Source: Tubulanus polymorphus
Lineage: Eukaryota; Animalia; Nemertea
Length of the DNA stretch: 64,000 nt
NCBI RefSeq assembly: GCF_964204645.1
Contig: NC_134027.1
Coordinates: forward strand, 13,920,485 to 13,984,484
Direction of reading: 5' to 3'
The notes under the pieces were generated by a model. The model was not told the origin of the DNA, searched no databases, and saw only the letters and a list, made by a program, of their open reading frames with translations. Made by a program: the position numbers and the translations under genes. The stretch's first letter is position 1, and each line of letters starts with the position of its first letter. Positions 23,822 to 37,159 of the stretch are shown one piece after another.

Positions 23822-26169
23822 CTACAAAAGAATTCATCTCAATGTCTACATAAAAGATATTACCATTGGGGTAAGGGGCTAAAATCCCACTAGTGTGTGC
23901 TAATTCTGTTTTCAACTAACCAATAAGCTAATTTTCTAGATCCCCAGATATTTACTATAAACTATTAGGTTCGGCGTTTTAGACTGATAAGTTATGTTAG
24001 AATCTATGAAATTCTAATGCTTCGAAAGATTTCTAAATAAGAGTGCTCAGTATCAAAATAGAATAACTCACTGCCCTGACCAACACAGCACATTTTAACC
24101 TGTTGTACAAAATATACTTATTAGGAATTTCAACTCATCTAGTGTTTTTTCTTTTAACCACAATGAATTTATTTTACAAAAAAAACAAGAAAATTAACAA
24201 AATAAACAAACCACCCAAAGTGTCATGTTGACATTATATGTGTGGTAACTCAACTAATGTAATCAAATACTAAGCATACATAAGCAACATACCATAAAGA
24301 TTTCACGAAATTATCTCAAACGGTTTTCGAGTTATCGTGTACATGGGAAGTTCCCGTGTCGAAAGTAGGTCATAAGTCGGCCAGGTAGAGAGAGGTCAGT
24401 AAATAGGAAATGAAAAGCAGTAAGCATCACCGGCGCGTAAAACAGGCACTGACGCTTAACCTGACCACAATTGCAACAATATAAAGACAAGTGAAACATA
24501 TAATGAATGCTGAACACACAGCCTATGAACCCTTTTATTGTGCACTGTTACAAATCGGATAACAAATCGATTGTCAGCCCCAAACCCCTCCTTATTTTCC
24601 TTTCCTTTGTGTTGATCTCAAGAATGATCTTCTTCAAGAAAAGTTCAAGATTCAATTCGGCGAATCAATACATTTATTAAAATGATTACTCAAATTGATT
24701 TGATAAGTCAAGTAAATCAGTCGATTTGTCAAACTGAATTGAGTATACATGTATTTACATGGATAGATAGGACGGCAGAAAAAGAATCAGTATGTCCAAG
24801 TGATCTGCCACTAACTCTTCTAATTTCTAAATGAATATGCACACAATAAAATGCATGAAATGTGTTTTGTATTGATATCTCACTATGATATGTATTTCAT
24901 TTGACATTCCTCGTTTTTGTGCAGTTCAGAAAAGTGTAAGCAAATCTAATTTTAAAAGCCGAATTAGCTGGCCACAGTGGTTGGTATTGACCATTCCTTT
25001 GTTTGCCAAGGTTTTATTGCCACCAGTCTATAGGCCTTTATCTAGCCAATGAGATGCATGGTATTGATAGAACGAAAACAAAAGGTCTACATCTGATTGG
25101 CTAGATATATAGACTGGGAGCGGGAACCCGTCTGCCCAAGAATCAATATAGTGGATCAATGAAGATTTGCAGTTAGGGTGTGTTAGTTCACTGACTGAAA
25201 GCGATAAAACCCTAGCAAGCGGGGATGATATTTTGATATCAAAATAGGGATTGGCCGTTATCTATCTAGTTGGTATATTTTGTTTTATTTACAAACCCAC
25301 CACACCTGCCAGGAGCAAAACAGGGGGTTTGATTTTGAAATTGGAAGTCGAAGTACGGATATAATTTTGTAATCAGTGGTCGAGGTTTCTTTTTGTTTAA
25401 ATCGATGTACATAATAAGGAAATTAGGTTCCGGTTCATTCAACCAATCTTTCAACAAGTCTACACTGGCAAGCGACTGAATATTGATATTAGTAGGATCT
25501 TTTTTCATGTGATAGAAATAAATGTAATCAATCCATGGCACTATGGTAAATGTAGATATTCTTGTTCCTCCAACTGATGCTCATAATTAATTATAAGCAT
25601 CAGGTGGGCGAACAAGAATATAATTGATTAAAAGCATTGACTGCTTAAATTTGTGCGGTGATTTACACACGGTGATTGAATGAATATATTGAATTGAATT
25701 GAAACACATGGCGCGAGTAAACGCACTGTTTATGACAGTTTTATCATCGATGACAGTGTACCTTTACTTCTTCATCATGTAAACTATATTACAGGTTATA
25801 ATCTACATTATGAATAATTACTTACTACGTAAAATAAATGCTAAACCGAAAACAAAATCTAACAGCCTAATGTCAATGATCGTGCCGCCGGGTTTGGGTT
25901 TTTGCATAATAAAATATAATATCAAATTTAAAGTAAACATAATATAGCTGCAAAGCAGCAATAACGGGCACAGCATTGTTCATAATTGTTCAATTTCTTT
26001 ATCTTGTCTGGATACTGTGTCCACCACGATTGCGTGTATGCTGACGAAACCGCACCATGCTATTTCAAATGAAGAATCGCATTCAATGGTCAAGACAGGT
26101 TTATAAAAGGAAGGTCTACAAACAGTCAATTAGGCCTACTTGAAACCATGGATGACAGGACCAGATAGC

Positions 26170-26440
26170 CTTATTTGACTCTGGAAAAATCAAAATCTTA
26201 GGCCTTAATTAGTCTTTATCAATTTTGAAAAAGCATTTGATAAGGTACGACATCAGCGATTACTAAACAAGCTATTAGGAAACGGTATCAATGATGGGTC
26301 GCTTAAATAGCTCAGCAGTTTTCTCCGTACGAAAACAGGTGGCCAAAATCAACGGAATTGTCTAATCTTGAAAATTGGTAGGTCTAGTGGAGTGGCACAA
26401 GGTAGTATCCTAATCTTAACTGTCCTGATGAATGATATAC
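26170..26440 (+). pseudogene. LINE (CR1/L2-like) reverse-transcriptase fragment
   Basis: Degenerate KAFDKVRHQRLLNKL...GI and SGVAQGSIL motifs. Confidence 0.65.
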
Positions 26441-28087
26441 AGAGTAATCCAAAATGTACAGGACCTAGCAAAATTTCCAAAATGACCTAAACAGACTGAG
26501 TTCCCTTCATGGTCAGAAACATGGAAGATGAGCTTCAACCTGAAAAAGGCATAATATGGATATCGGATACAAAGAAAACCCAGGTCCAATTTATACCTTT
26601 TTGTTCGAGTGTGAAGATTATTTTCTTCGAAGGAAGATAACTCATTATAACGAAAAAGCTATTTAGTTCCACAAAACATTTTTTCTTTCGAATTAAAAAT
26701 GCTTCCATCGACCAATACACTTATGTTTCAACAAGAAAATTTTGTTTGAATGAAGACAATGCTGTTCGACCGAACAATATAAATTTTTGTTCGAATAAAA
26801 CACTATGTTATATTTCGAACGAAAGACTTTTGTCCCGAAAGAAAAATTTGTTGAGTGAAAACACTTTTGTTCGAACGAAAGTTCGGATGAAAACAATTCT
26901 GTTCGATTGAACAATATACACTTGGTTCAAACAAAAAACCTTTCGTTTTGACAAATAGATTTGCTCGAATCAAACACTATGTATCAACATAAGATTCCAG
27001 CCTAAGTAACACATCAAATCAGACGATCAACTATATAGAATCAAAGTGAAAGCAAAGAGCTCCATGCTTATTATATTTTTGTTAATTTTAGCTACTTATA
27101 TAATCATGTGACCAATGGGGGCCATGTTACTACAACCACCTGTTTACAAAATCAGACTTGAAAAAAAATTATATTGGCTTACGTCAGATATACTGCCTCA
27201 AAGGCTTATTGCTGAGAATATTTTGTCAAACACTTCTTATCTATCCAATGATGTCATTCTAAGTGCAATTTGAGGCAAACATAGAAAAAGGCAAGAAGCA
27301 CTCCTTACCATCAAATGAAAGGCGTATCAATTAGCTAGCCGGTATCGGCAAGTGATAACAAAATATACCTCGTTACCCATATAATATGGAAATACATCGT
27401 GTACTTAGTTATTCTACTATTTAACGCCCCTAGTGTTCATATGCATAACCCACTGTTCTGAAACGCACCACAATCATAGAACATGACATGAGCTACAACC
27501 TTGCAATTGATCATGGTAAAAAAATATCCCTAGGTACCAATATAATAAGGAAATACTAAGTTATTCTACTATTCAACGCCCCCTGGTGACCATAATATAG
27601 GCCTAGACGTATCGGCCCCATACCGCGCGGTTGCGCCACCGCGCGGGATTTACGCGAAGCAGCAAACACAAACATGGCCACTCTCTCAATTTTCAATGAT
27701 AGAAATCGTGTGTGCATTTCAATTATTTCGGCTGTTAGGGTTTTAAGGCACAATATAAGTTGATGATGTGATATGGCAATGTTAATTAATGATAATTCCG
27801 CAGTGAAGCTAGTCACGAACGGTGCCGATTGAGTGTACAGCTGCCAAAAACACTGAAATCTGCGTAGTTGCGTAACTATTTGCAGTGAATTGCAGACGAA
27901 ACATGAAGCCTTAACGGCCGTTTAAAAAAAAATTAAACCAATTGCAATTGTAAAATAAAAATGAGATAGAACCTAAGTTACAATTCTGGCCATTTCTAAA
28001 AATATTATTACTAATTTTTAGACAGTGCGGAATGTTTAGTTTTCCAACAATAATGAGGGGTGGTAGGTAGTCATGCAATTCAAGTCA

Positions 28088-29290
28088 CAGGGCTGCCAAC
28101 CTTTCAAAATTCCATTTAGGGATGAATGGCAGATTAATTAGGAATATTGAAGGTTTCAATAGGAATATATCGAAACCGAAGAAATTGTGACTTTTCCAAG
28201 TAGGAATATTTTGCTTTCAATTAGGAATACCTTTCACGTGTAATATATGAAAGCTGGATATGAAAATATGGAATTATTAGCAAAATAAAAAATCAGCAAA
28301 TTCTACAGAATGTATTTTTTCTTTATTATTTTATGAAAGAAAAAAATCAACTGTGTTTATCAAAAATATACAATAGACTAAAAATAAGAACATAAAACTG
28401 GCATAAATTGTCAAACGAATTACATAACACTATACAGCTGTCATGCGAATATATCCATTTCCAGCATCAATTCCATGATACTGTCCAAGAGAGACTCCAC
28501 GTACAGAACTGAAAGATACAAACAGTAAAAAGTCTCTAAATCTACATGCTACTCGATGGTGCTGCCATCTGCCAAATATGCGAACTAAAAGTTTACTTTG
28601 AGATGCACTGCTCAAAAGCATCTTAAATTATCTTTTTAAATCAAACTAACACAAGAGTGACAACATTAAGGTTCAAACTAGCAAAGCAATTGCTTACCGA
28701 AACATTTCAAAGAGTCCACACGTTGAAATCTAACCCGGATCTTCGAATGCTAATCGCGCTGCGAAAACGAGCTAATTACCGCAGTAAACCGATTCTTCTC
28801 CGAAACGATGCGGAGCAATTTGACAATAACAATCACATTTTGCCACATGTCATAATATTTTCACAAAAATGATTGAAAACAACGTATTTTAAAACGAATG
28901 AACTTTATTTTTATTCTTGAAACAAATTAAAAAGCTGCTCTCCTACTACGAAATAATCGTACGCCATGCGTAGATAAAATCAATAACACAGCTACTCTCA
29001 TACACACACACGCACGCACGCGCGCGCTAGTAAGCGCTGTTTATCGCCTGACCCACGTACACAGTATATAGCCACGCACTCATCCACCGCGGGCGTGCAT
29101 ATAAATTCCCCACCTATTCAATTCTGTTCTACCAAATCATCATATTGTGTTACAATGCGCTGGCGGGTGGAAAATCGGACATCGCCGAAAAAGAAAAAAA
29201 GTCGGAATTTTGTATACCCGATCGTATCGTCGGAATTTCTTCACGCAAATCGGGAGGATTCCGAATAATTCGGGAGGGTTGGCAGCCCTG
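28088..29290. mobile_element. 1.2-kb non-autonomous DNA transposon, 6-bp TSD (copy 1)
   Basis: TIRs CAGGGCTGCCAACC and GGTTGGCAGCCCTG; AAGTCA on both sides; near-identical to 41209-42417. Confidence 0.92.
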
Positions 29291-29580
29291 AAGTCATCAT
29301 TTATTACACGTTACTTCCGTGTTGTTGAAAATCTCGCGAGTCCTGGACCAAACCCCATTGAACAATGTGATCTGTGTGCTGGCCACAAATGCACACAGAT
29401 CACACTACACTACCCATTACACACTCCAGTACCCACAGCTTTCATATATCCATCCAAATATTTAGAGTGTCTTTTTTCCTGGATCAACTAATGACCTTAA
29501 AACCACCTCAATTGCAGACCATGTCATGAGCTACAACTTTGCAATTGATTGTCGTAACAAAATAGGAAATACTAAGAAAT

Positions 29581-31257
29581 ACTAATAAATTGCCCATGGG
29601 CAAAGTGTGGTTTACCTTGAAAGCTAGAGGTTGTTTGGAATAAGGGCATTGCTTGAAAAATCTTTTTAATTCGTGACTTCAAAGTTCCACAAGTTTATAT
29701 CGTATTTTATCTTTCTTAAAGAATCATTTTGTAGTCAAATAAGACCAAAGATATACATTTGGTTACGGTCCACGTCCAAAATTTTGTAGGGTACAGGTAG
29801 GCGTGGCAGGGAAACTATTTTATATTTTTAAAAAAAATATGTTTCACAATATGAAGAAAATATTCAAATAAGGCCATCCCAAAATAATTGTCTGTTTGCC
29901 GTAACACCGACTCAACTTTTCAGGATGAGTCGGTAAATTTTTGGGCAAAAAAAACAAATTTAGGCCTATCACCTTTTTTACATGGAAACAATATCGCAGA
30001 AATCTAATAGCGTAGATTTCGAGAATTATTCTAAAATTATAATTTCGTCCAGAGCATCATAATGAATCAGTACATTGAATATATGCGTGCTTTTACGTTA
30101 TCAGCTTTAGTCACTATGAGAATGAATGGCAGCTTATTGGAACACCGCCGGTTTCCTGGAAAACTTAAATTAGCCACATGTCAAGGCATTTTTTTACACG
30201 ATGCACACTTGAATTCAAACATACGTAGCTAATACGTCGGAAGTGTCGGTCTGCCGTTTTTATCAAAAATAAAATTTATTTCAATGAATCCCAGAAAAAA
30301 GTTTTCACTCGGTACCTTTGAAGTCGGGTCGGTCGGGTTACGGCAAACAGACCATTAATATGGGATGGCCTAATATTCATATGATGTCACGTAGGGTGGC
30401 TGACTATTGGGTCTTGGAAACCTCTTCCAATGTTTGCCGCGGAAGTTAAAATACCGGTGCAGAAGAAATCGGCTATTAGATGGTTTTAAATCCTGGAATT
30501 TACAACTACAATATTCAGACCTCGACCTATACTTGTAGTTTGCTGCTTAATATTTTCAGGTCACAAGAAATTACAATTTATTACAAATTCTATCAAACAG
30601 AAAACACAGCGCTCATCTTCTGCTATGATTATTCAGCCTATTTTCATGTCAAACGTGCACGCGTTACAGCATCACCTTTAGTAGTGTACTGTACGAGCTT
30701 GTGTGTGTGTCATGTAGCACTCCGCGCGCACGTGGAGGCCTCGTGTAAGTGAATGTTCGCTTACACCTCAATGTCAATCAAAACAATCACCGGGTATTAA
30801 AAAGAAACAATACCTATGGCAGATGTGTGAAATAATAACATCCTCATCAACAATGACAATTTGAAATTAGGAAATTGAACTGTAAACGGCACCTAGTCCA
30901 ATGAAACGTACACCCTTCTATTGCTTTCCCATAATTATTTTAGTAGCGCCGGAATTCCCTGTATATCCCAAAAACAGCCAATCCCATTCGCTCCCAGAGA
31001 CGACGCCCCCCAATCAAGGTCATTGCAATTTTATACGCGAGAGCTAAGAATTTTCCCGCCAAAAACAGTTTTTTGTAGAATTTTAACTCAGTTGACCATG
31101 TCATCGACGGAGGTTCGGCATGTCTTCAATCGCATCGATTATACATCGTTTAAACTGAGAACCAATGAAACAAATGCTCACATAAAAAAACGTACCGCGA
31201 TTTTACATGAATTGGCTCAACGCCAACATCATATCGCTGACAAAGGTAAACCAAAAA
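29581..31257 (-). mobile_element. HINE family 2, full-length
   Basis: ACTAA end with hairpin ttgcccatgggcaa; sub-TIR pair tggtttacct (about 29608) and aggtaaacca (about 31244); A-run terminus. Confidence 0.7.
29872..30370. mobile_element. PIF/Harbinger-type (Tourist-like) MITE
   Basis: TIRs of about 40 bp starting ggccatccca..taattgtctgtttgccgtaac; TAA on both sides. Confidence 0.8.
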
Positions 31258-31551
31258 TACTAAGAAATACTAAGTTATTGTATTATTCAATGCCCCCTAG
31301 TGACCATATACAAACAAATTACCTTGAAACTCACCAAAATCATAGAACACATTATGAGCTGCCACTTACCAATTTATTGTGGTTACAAAATATGCTTAGG
31401 TATCAAAATAATGTGGAAAAACTATTTTCAACCCACGAATGAGTACTGATGACACAAAGATGGCCGCCAATGGCGTCATAATTGGCTGATCAAAAATACC
31501 TGTCTCAGGTATAAAACATCCCTTTCCAAAGAATACCCATCACAAGTTGCA

Positions 31552-32021
31552 GGCATTAGACCACAATTAGGTTAGTAGCTCGAAGTAAGCAAGGCTGGAC
31601 CCCAAACATAGTACCTAGAGTGAAGAAGTCCCCCATAAATGTTTCCATAATTCTGCAAATGGGATAGGTAACGAATTTCAGTTACATGAATGAAATCCAT
31701 TAGTCCTGAGAGACAGATTGATGATGAAATAAGGGATTTCCTGGGCCTTTTTTTGCTTGGAGTAAAGGTACCAACAAGGTGAGTGTTTCCCTTCGATATT
31801 CGGCTCGGATGTACTGGCATACCTATGCTGGGATACCCCTCCTTTCTAAAGGTTTGATTATTTCAAAAGTTAGGTTGGGTATGTGGGATGAAAACCACTT
31901 TAATTACGAGCCATAAGCAGAATTTCCCATGAATTTACACGCTATATATAAACTAAACTCTCGAATTTCTTATTTTTACTATAGGAGGATATAGAAGATT
32001 TTGAAATAGTGGTCTGAACTC
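31552..32021. mobile_element. 470-bp insertion with a 4-bp TSD (possibly a Sola-like MITE)
   Basis: Interrupts the HINE; TGCA at 31548-31551 and 32022-32025; short imperfect TIR core agaccac and gtggtct. Confidence 0.5.
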
Positions 32022-32497
32022 TGCAATGAGAAATGGGAAACCAGTAGGAAACTACAGGACTCAGAATTCAGGACAAAATAGACATTTTTGGGCACAAAAA
32101 GTCATAGTACGATCATATTGAGTCCGATCGAACAAATTTTTCTTGTACTGATGGGCCCTTAGGGGTTTTAAATATATATGAAAGATCAAGGTAATTGATC
32201 AAAGCGTCTTCAAAATTTCCCTCAAAAAGTTCAAAAATGTGTAAAAAGTGTTTCTTTTGGCAAACAACAATAGCTGCCAGTCGGCCATCTTGATTCTAAC
32301 AGGGCCCGTTTTTGGGCTGAAGATGTGTGTAGATACACGTGTAACCCAAATATCATGACATTTCATCGAAGCGTCATCAAAACTTCCCAAAATAACTGGA
32401 TTCCGTCTACGGACGGACGGACGCTATTACAGATGGACGACGGACGAAAAGTAAATGCAATAGCACGCTGGGGCTTAAGTCCCAAGTAGGCCAAAAA

Positions 32498-34693
32498 TGT
32501 ACCTAGTATCAGTTCATTCAATGAAATATTCACCTAGATACAGCTTATATCTGTCACAGTGCGATACACAATAAAGCAGTCTTTTTCAACGTGCAGGCCT
32601 AGACTGGATGGACAATCATGACAAATCCATGGTGTCTCAGGAACATACCTTTTAGCAGTACGGATTCCTCGAGCTGAGTACACTCTCTGACCCCTCCTGT
32701 TTTTAGCATCCCTGACTGGGTGTTGTTTAGGAAAATGGCGGCCAGTAAGACAATGTACTAAGTCCTGGCGACAGCACACTTGTTGTGCTTTGGAGAATAT
32801 GTACAGAGTGAGGCAACTATATTATGACCGTGACGATCCATCTTGCCAGTATCAATGAATCGAGCATCAGCATTTGTCGAGACCAGGCAGACCGATTTAG
32901 GTTTTCCATCTGATTTGTTCAGCATTGCACGATATTTGAGGGCAAGTACTTGGTTATTATACAGGCCCTTTTCTAGTTGCTCGGCAGCGGGAAAATTTGT
33001 ACGATTTGTTTTCACTGTTCCAATGACTGTCGTGTCTCTGTCCATAAAATATTGCACCAATTGTGGTGAAGTATAATGGTTGTCTAGATATAAACATCTG
33101 CCATCATTGATGTAATTTTGCATCAAGTATATAGGTATCCTCTCCGTTATCAAATAGTTATCAGTTTCTCCATTGTTTTCCCACCAGATGATTGGGACCG
33201 CTATATATGATGAAGTCTACAGTGATCCCATACAATGTGCAGACTTCAAAAAACTTTAATCCAAAATGTTTTGTTCGAATAAATTGTTTGAAAGCCAATC
33301 TACCGTTGAATAAGGATTCACCGATCGACAAATCTTCACCTGGTTCATATACAGCTCGACAGCGGTCCCTCATGAGGTTCATAAAATGGTGCACCCTGTG
33401 CAATCGGTCTCTATCCTCAGCTTTGCCATCATAATTAAGATCTTGAATGATTTCAAAGTGTAAGAACTTCAAAAGAGAGAAGAATCGATCACGTCTCATC
33501 GTCTGGCTAAATATGGAGTTATGCATTAACTCATCAGTCGTCCAATATAAATGCAGCCTGGGCCTGTGTATTAGTGCCATGAGTAAAATGGGCCAAAAAT
33601 GTAAGAATCTCCTCTCTATTTGTCGGGGTCCATGTTTTTCCTGCTGCGGATGGATGATTTCGCTTATATTCTTGATTTGCATCAATATACTCCGGGGCAT
33701 ACCTATTTGTCTCGTGCATTATGAAATCGATAATATCGTTTGTGAGGAATAGCCTGAAATAATCAATAGGAGGACCATTCACCCTGACTTTCATTCTCTC
33801 ATTTCCGCTTAATACAGAATTTGGAGGAATTTAAGGATGTTTTTCATCAACCTTTACCCAGTTCCACAGATTGAAATCATGTCACTGTTGACGATTACGG
33901 GCATTCTGAATCCTGCCACCACAACCACGCCCACGGTTGGCCAGTCTTCCTAAAATACCTCCCAAATTTATGTTCACCAGTGGAGGACGAAAACAAGGTC
34001 TTCCTCTATGTCCTGGGCCTCTTAAATTTGGCCTAATCTGCCTATTGATATCAGGTGATGGAGACCGTAAGAGCGAATGTGTTTGCGAGCGAGACAATGA
34101 TCTTGACTCTGAAGGATATCATATTGGAAGGGCCACTCTGCGACTGGTTGGATCCCTGGGTTCTTCTGACTGAGGTGATGTTGAAGGAGATCTTCTAGGC
34201 CCATATTGTTGGTTTCAGAATCATAGCTATGATGGGAGTCATTTTGAACTTCAAGCCCTCGGAAAGGGTCATCACTGTCAATTCTCATTTCGTCAATATC
34301 ACCAGATGTGCCCCTTGGGCCATCTAAATCAAGGGAAGTTTCACTTTCACTATCACTACCTCAATAAGATTCTCCATCTCCCATGTCCATTTCAGAACCT
34401 TCTTCACATCGTCTATCACTTCACTGATATTTAGCTGTCGTTTTGAAGCCATTTTGCTTTTAGTTGTAGTGATGAATCCAATCAAATGATCATAAAACTA
34501 TCAAAATTTGTTTAGACCGTCGCAAAATCTACCAGAGCACCATCTGTTAGACGTTTACTGTAAGCAGGACGTGTTCAAATGCAATCAGGTTCAAGTCCCG
34601 ACATAAAAAACTTTACATCAACAGACGGGGAAGGGGGGCACATAAATTCTGTAGTTCTACTGGCTTCCTGGAAGTGGGTGTGTACTGAAAGGG
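32498..34693 (-). mobile_element. Decayed piggyBac transposon; only one end recognised
   Basis: Terminus actgaaaggg|TTAA at 34684-34697; contains a PGBD-like transposase relic. Confidence 0.8.
32534..34452 (-). pseudogene. piggyBac (PGBD4-like) transposase pseudogene
   Basis: PIDYFRLFLT...ETNRYA, YWTTD...MRRDRF, LSIGES..GRLAFKQFI...FGLK, LYLDNHYTSP...GTVKTNR, and a C-terminal Cys-rich ICHDCP...CFIVY; many frameshifts. Confidence 0.88.
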
Positions 34694-34716
34694 TTAAGAT
34701 CAATAATACAACTAAC

Positions 34717-34882
34717 CTGAGGTTGAAAATTATTAGCTTGCTCATTAGGGTTTTCTTGTTCTAACCAATCAGGTCCACCTCCGTGTAATATCTGTTCTCT
34801 TAGCCAAACTAAACTGATGAATGCACACAGAGTACATGTGACAACAAAACATCCTTGAAAACAATCAGACAAAACATTGTCA
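34717..34882 (-). CDS. MARCHF6: MARCHF6 exon: (T)DNVLSDCFQGCFVVTCTLCAFISLVWLREQILHGGGPDWLEQENPNEQANNFQPQ
   Basis: tttcag|T GAC...CAG|gttagt, 166 nt, phase 2 to 0; conserved QGCFVVTCTLCAFISLVWLREQI. Confidence 0.96.
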
Positions 34883-34950
34883 CTGAAAAAAGAAAAGAAT
34901 AAGGATCAGTAACCAGAAACTTTCTCTAGACAGCTATCAATCAGTTAAAA

Positions 34951-35500
34951 ACCTTAGGTCCCTAAATGGTTTCAAATGCTCAACAATCTAACAATTTCAA
35001 TATTCAACGCCCCCTGGTGGCCATATACAAAATTCAATGACCTTGAAACTCACCACAATCATAGAACATGTCAGCAGCTACAATTTTGTAATTGATTGTG
35101 CTGACAAAATATGCCTAAGTACCAATATCATAAGAAAATACTAAGTTATTCTACTATTCAACGCACCCTGATGACCATATAGAATAACTAATGTCCTTAA
35201 AACTCACCACAATCATAGACGATGTCATGAGCTACAACTTTGCAATTGATTGTGGTAACACAATATGCATAGTTATAAATATAATATAGAAATACTGTAT
35301 TATTATTGCATGATTCAACGCCCCCTGGTGGCTATATACAAATGCAATCATGACCTTGAAACTCACAAAAATCATAGAACATGTTATGAGCTACAACTTA
35401 CCAATTGATTGTGGTAACAAAATATGTTTAGGTATCAATATAATGTGGAAAAACTTTTTCCCACCTACGAATGAGAACTGATGACACCAAGATGGCCGCC
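34951..35500 (-). mobile_element. HINE family 1, truncated copy with three monomers
   Basis: Monomers homologous to 38761-39400; degenerate end at about 34951. Confidence 0.8.
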
Positions 35501-36289
35501 TCTCCAAGAACAGCGTTGTCGCCGCTGGCTCGGAATAGAGGGGGGCCGCTAATTCTTTTTCAAAGAAAGAATGTATTTTGTAGTCAAAATAAGACAACTA
35601 CGAGACAAAGCCAAGCTAGGACTATAGAAACTGTCATACTTACTAAGTTCCAGATACTAAATTACATAGCCGAATCCATTATAATCCTCACAAACGAACA
35701 AACTAAAAGCGAACTTAGCATGGCACGAATGTCGAATGCATTGCTAGGCATCTCGCGACTATCCCATTATAACGTCAGAGGTGCCGAAATTCCGAGAAAT
35801 TCCCGTATTCACGTCGGAAACAAAAAATATAGGTCAACACAAGTAACTTATAGAAAGCGAAAAATATTGCATCATCGCGAAAAATATTGCATCATACTTT
35901 TGGCAGATTACCAACCAACAGCCATAACATAGGTAAACCAAAAATCAACAAGACTGTCTTGGCTATTAGGACTTAAAGGTTAGTTGTTATCACTAGCTAA
36001 GTATGAATAAGCTTGGACCATTTTAACTAACTTGTACAACAAATTCTATGGTCACACCAAAATAAACATTGAACCATGCTCTTTATTTTCTGGGTTTGAA
36101 GTGAAGATAGGTGGCTGAATGAAACATATGTGATTAGATCAAAATCGACCTGCTTCTCGATATTTTTGAAAACACACAACAGTTTGATTGCCAGCAAGTT
36201 GTTGACGAACAGTGAGTCCATTGAGACTTGAATTGTATTAACTTCAACTTCTTTTTTAAATGTGCGGTCTGAGGGAAATTCAATGTCTG

Positions 36290-36960
36290 ATAATATTTTA
36301 GGCAAAAGCAAAGGTAAAATAACGGCGTTAGTTATACAGGATGATCAAAACGTTTCAAATGCTTTTAATGAATTTTTTGTGTCAATTGGACCCCAATTGG
36401 CAGAATTACTAATTCACCCAAACATTTTACTGAGTATTTGAGTAACGTGAACAATCAAGAGTTTATTTTTGTATCCAACCACTAGTTAGGAAATAGAGAA
36501 ACTAGCCAAAGCTATGAAATGCAAAAGCACATGTGGTTCTGATGGAATTAGTCATAAGGTTCTGAAATCAGTAATTGATTTGATTTCAGCTCCTCCGCGT
36601 CATATTTTCATTTGTAGCTTGTCAACTGGCATAGTACCAACTCCAAAACTGCTCTAGTTACTCCTTTATTCAAAAGTGGTGATCAACATGTATTCAGTAA
36701 TTATAGACCAATCTCAGTTCTACAGTCAATATCTAAATTATCTGAGAAAATTGTTTATACAAGAATTATGGTATTTATGGAGAAATATAATTTGTTAACG
36801 AACTCCCAATTTCGTTTCAGAAAGGGATATTCTACTGAAATGGTTTTAACACTTATAACCATCCATATTTTTCAAAATCTAGAAACTGGAAATATACTAT
36901 TGGAATTTAACTCGATCTAAGTAAGGCCTTTGATATGTTAAATCATCAAATTTAGCTTAC
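36290..36960 (+). pseudogene. LINE (CR1/L2-clade) ORF2 reverse-transcriptase fragment
   Basis: FNEFFVSIGPQLA, GSDGISHKVLK, VTPLFKSGD...NYRPISVL, SQFRFRKGYSTE, LDLSKAFDMLNH, with frameshifts. Confidence 0.85.
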
Positions 36961-37159
36961 ATTGCATACATGTGCGTACAGAGGGGGGAGGGGACCTAAT
37001 TGTGATGCGTTCGGTATGCACCATAAACAAATTGTAAGCATTCCCTCCCATTCCCTGTATACATCATACATTGTCTACTACCCCTATTGCACACAGTTGA
37101 CTCATCCCAAGTGCTCACGACTTTTCATACAAACGTAATGAAAGAAGGTCTAATCAATA

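Larger units (their letters stand above)
27380..32497 (-). mobile_element. One HINE family 1 copy split into four pieces (about 27380-27596, 29481-29580, 31258-31551, 32022-32497) by nested insertions
   Basis: The pieces are collinear with the intact copy at 38689-39968; terminal hairpin at about 32460-32497. Confidence 0.72.

Noticed and set aside
28430-28872. Duplicated ORFs of 63 and 71 aa, repeated at 41552-41994
   Set aside because: They recur only because the enclosing non-autonomous transposon is duplicated; no recognisable domain.
30921-31442. 173-aa ORF, and similar ORFs at 18230-18604, 35471-35932 and 62311-62595
   Set aside because: They run across junctions between unrelated repeats or through HINE monomers, so they are chance open frames.
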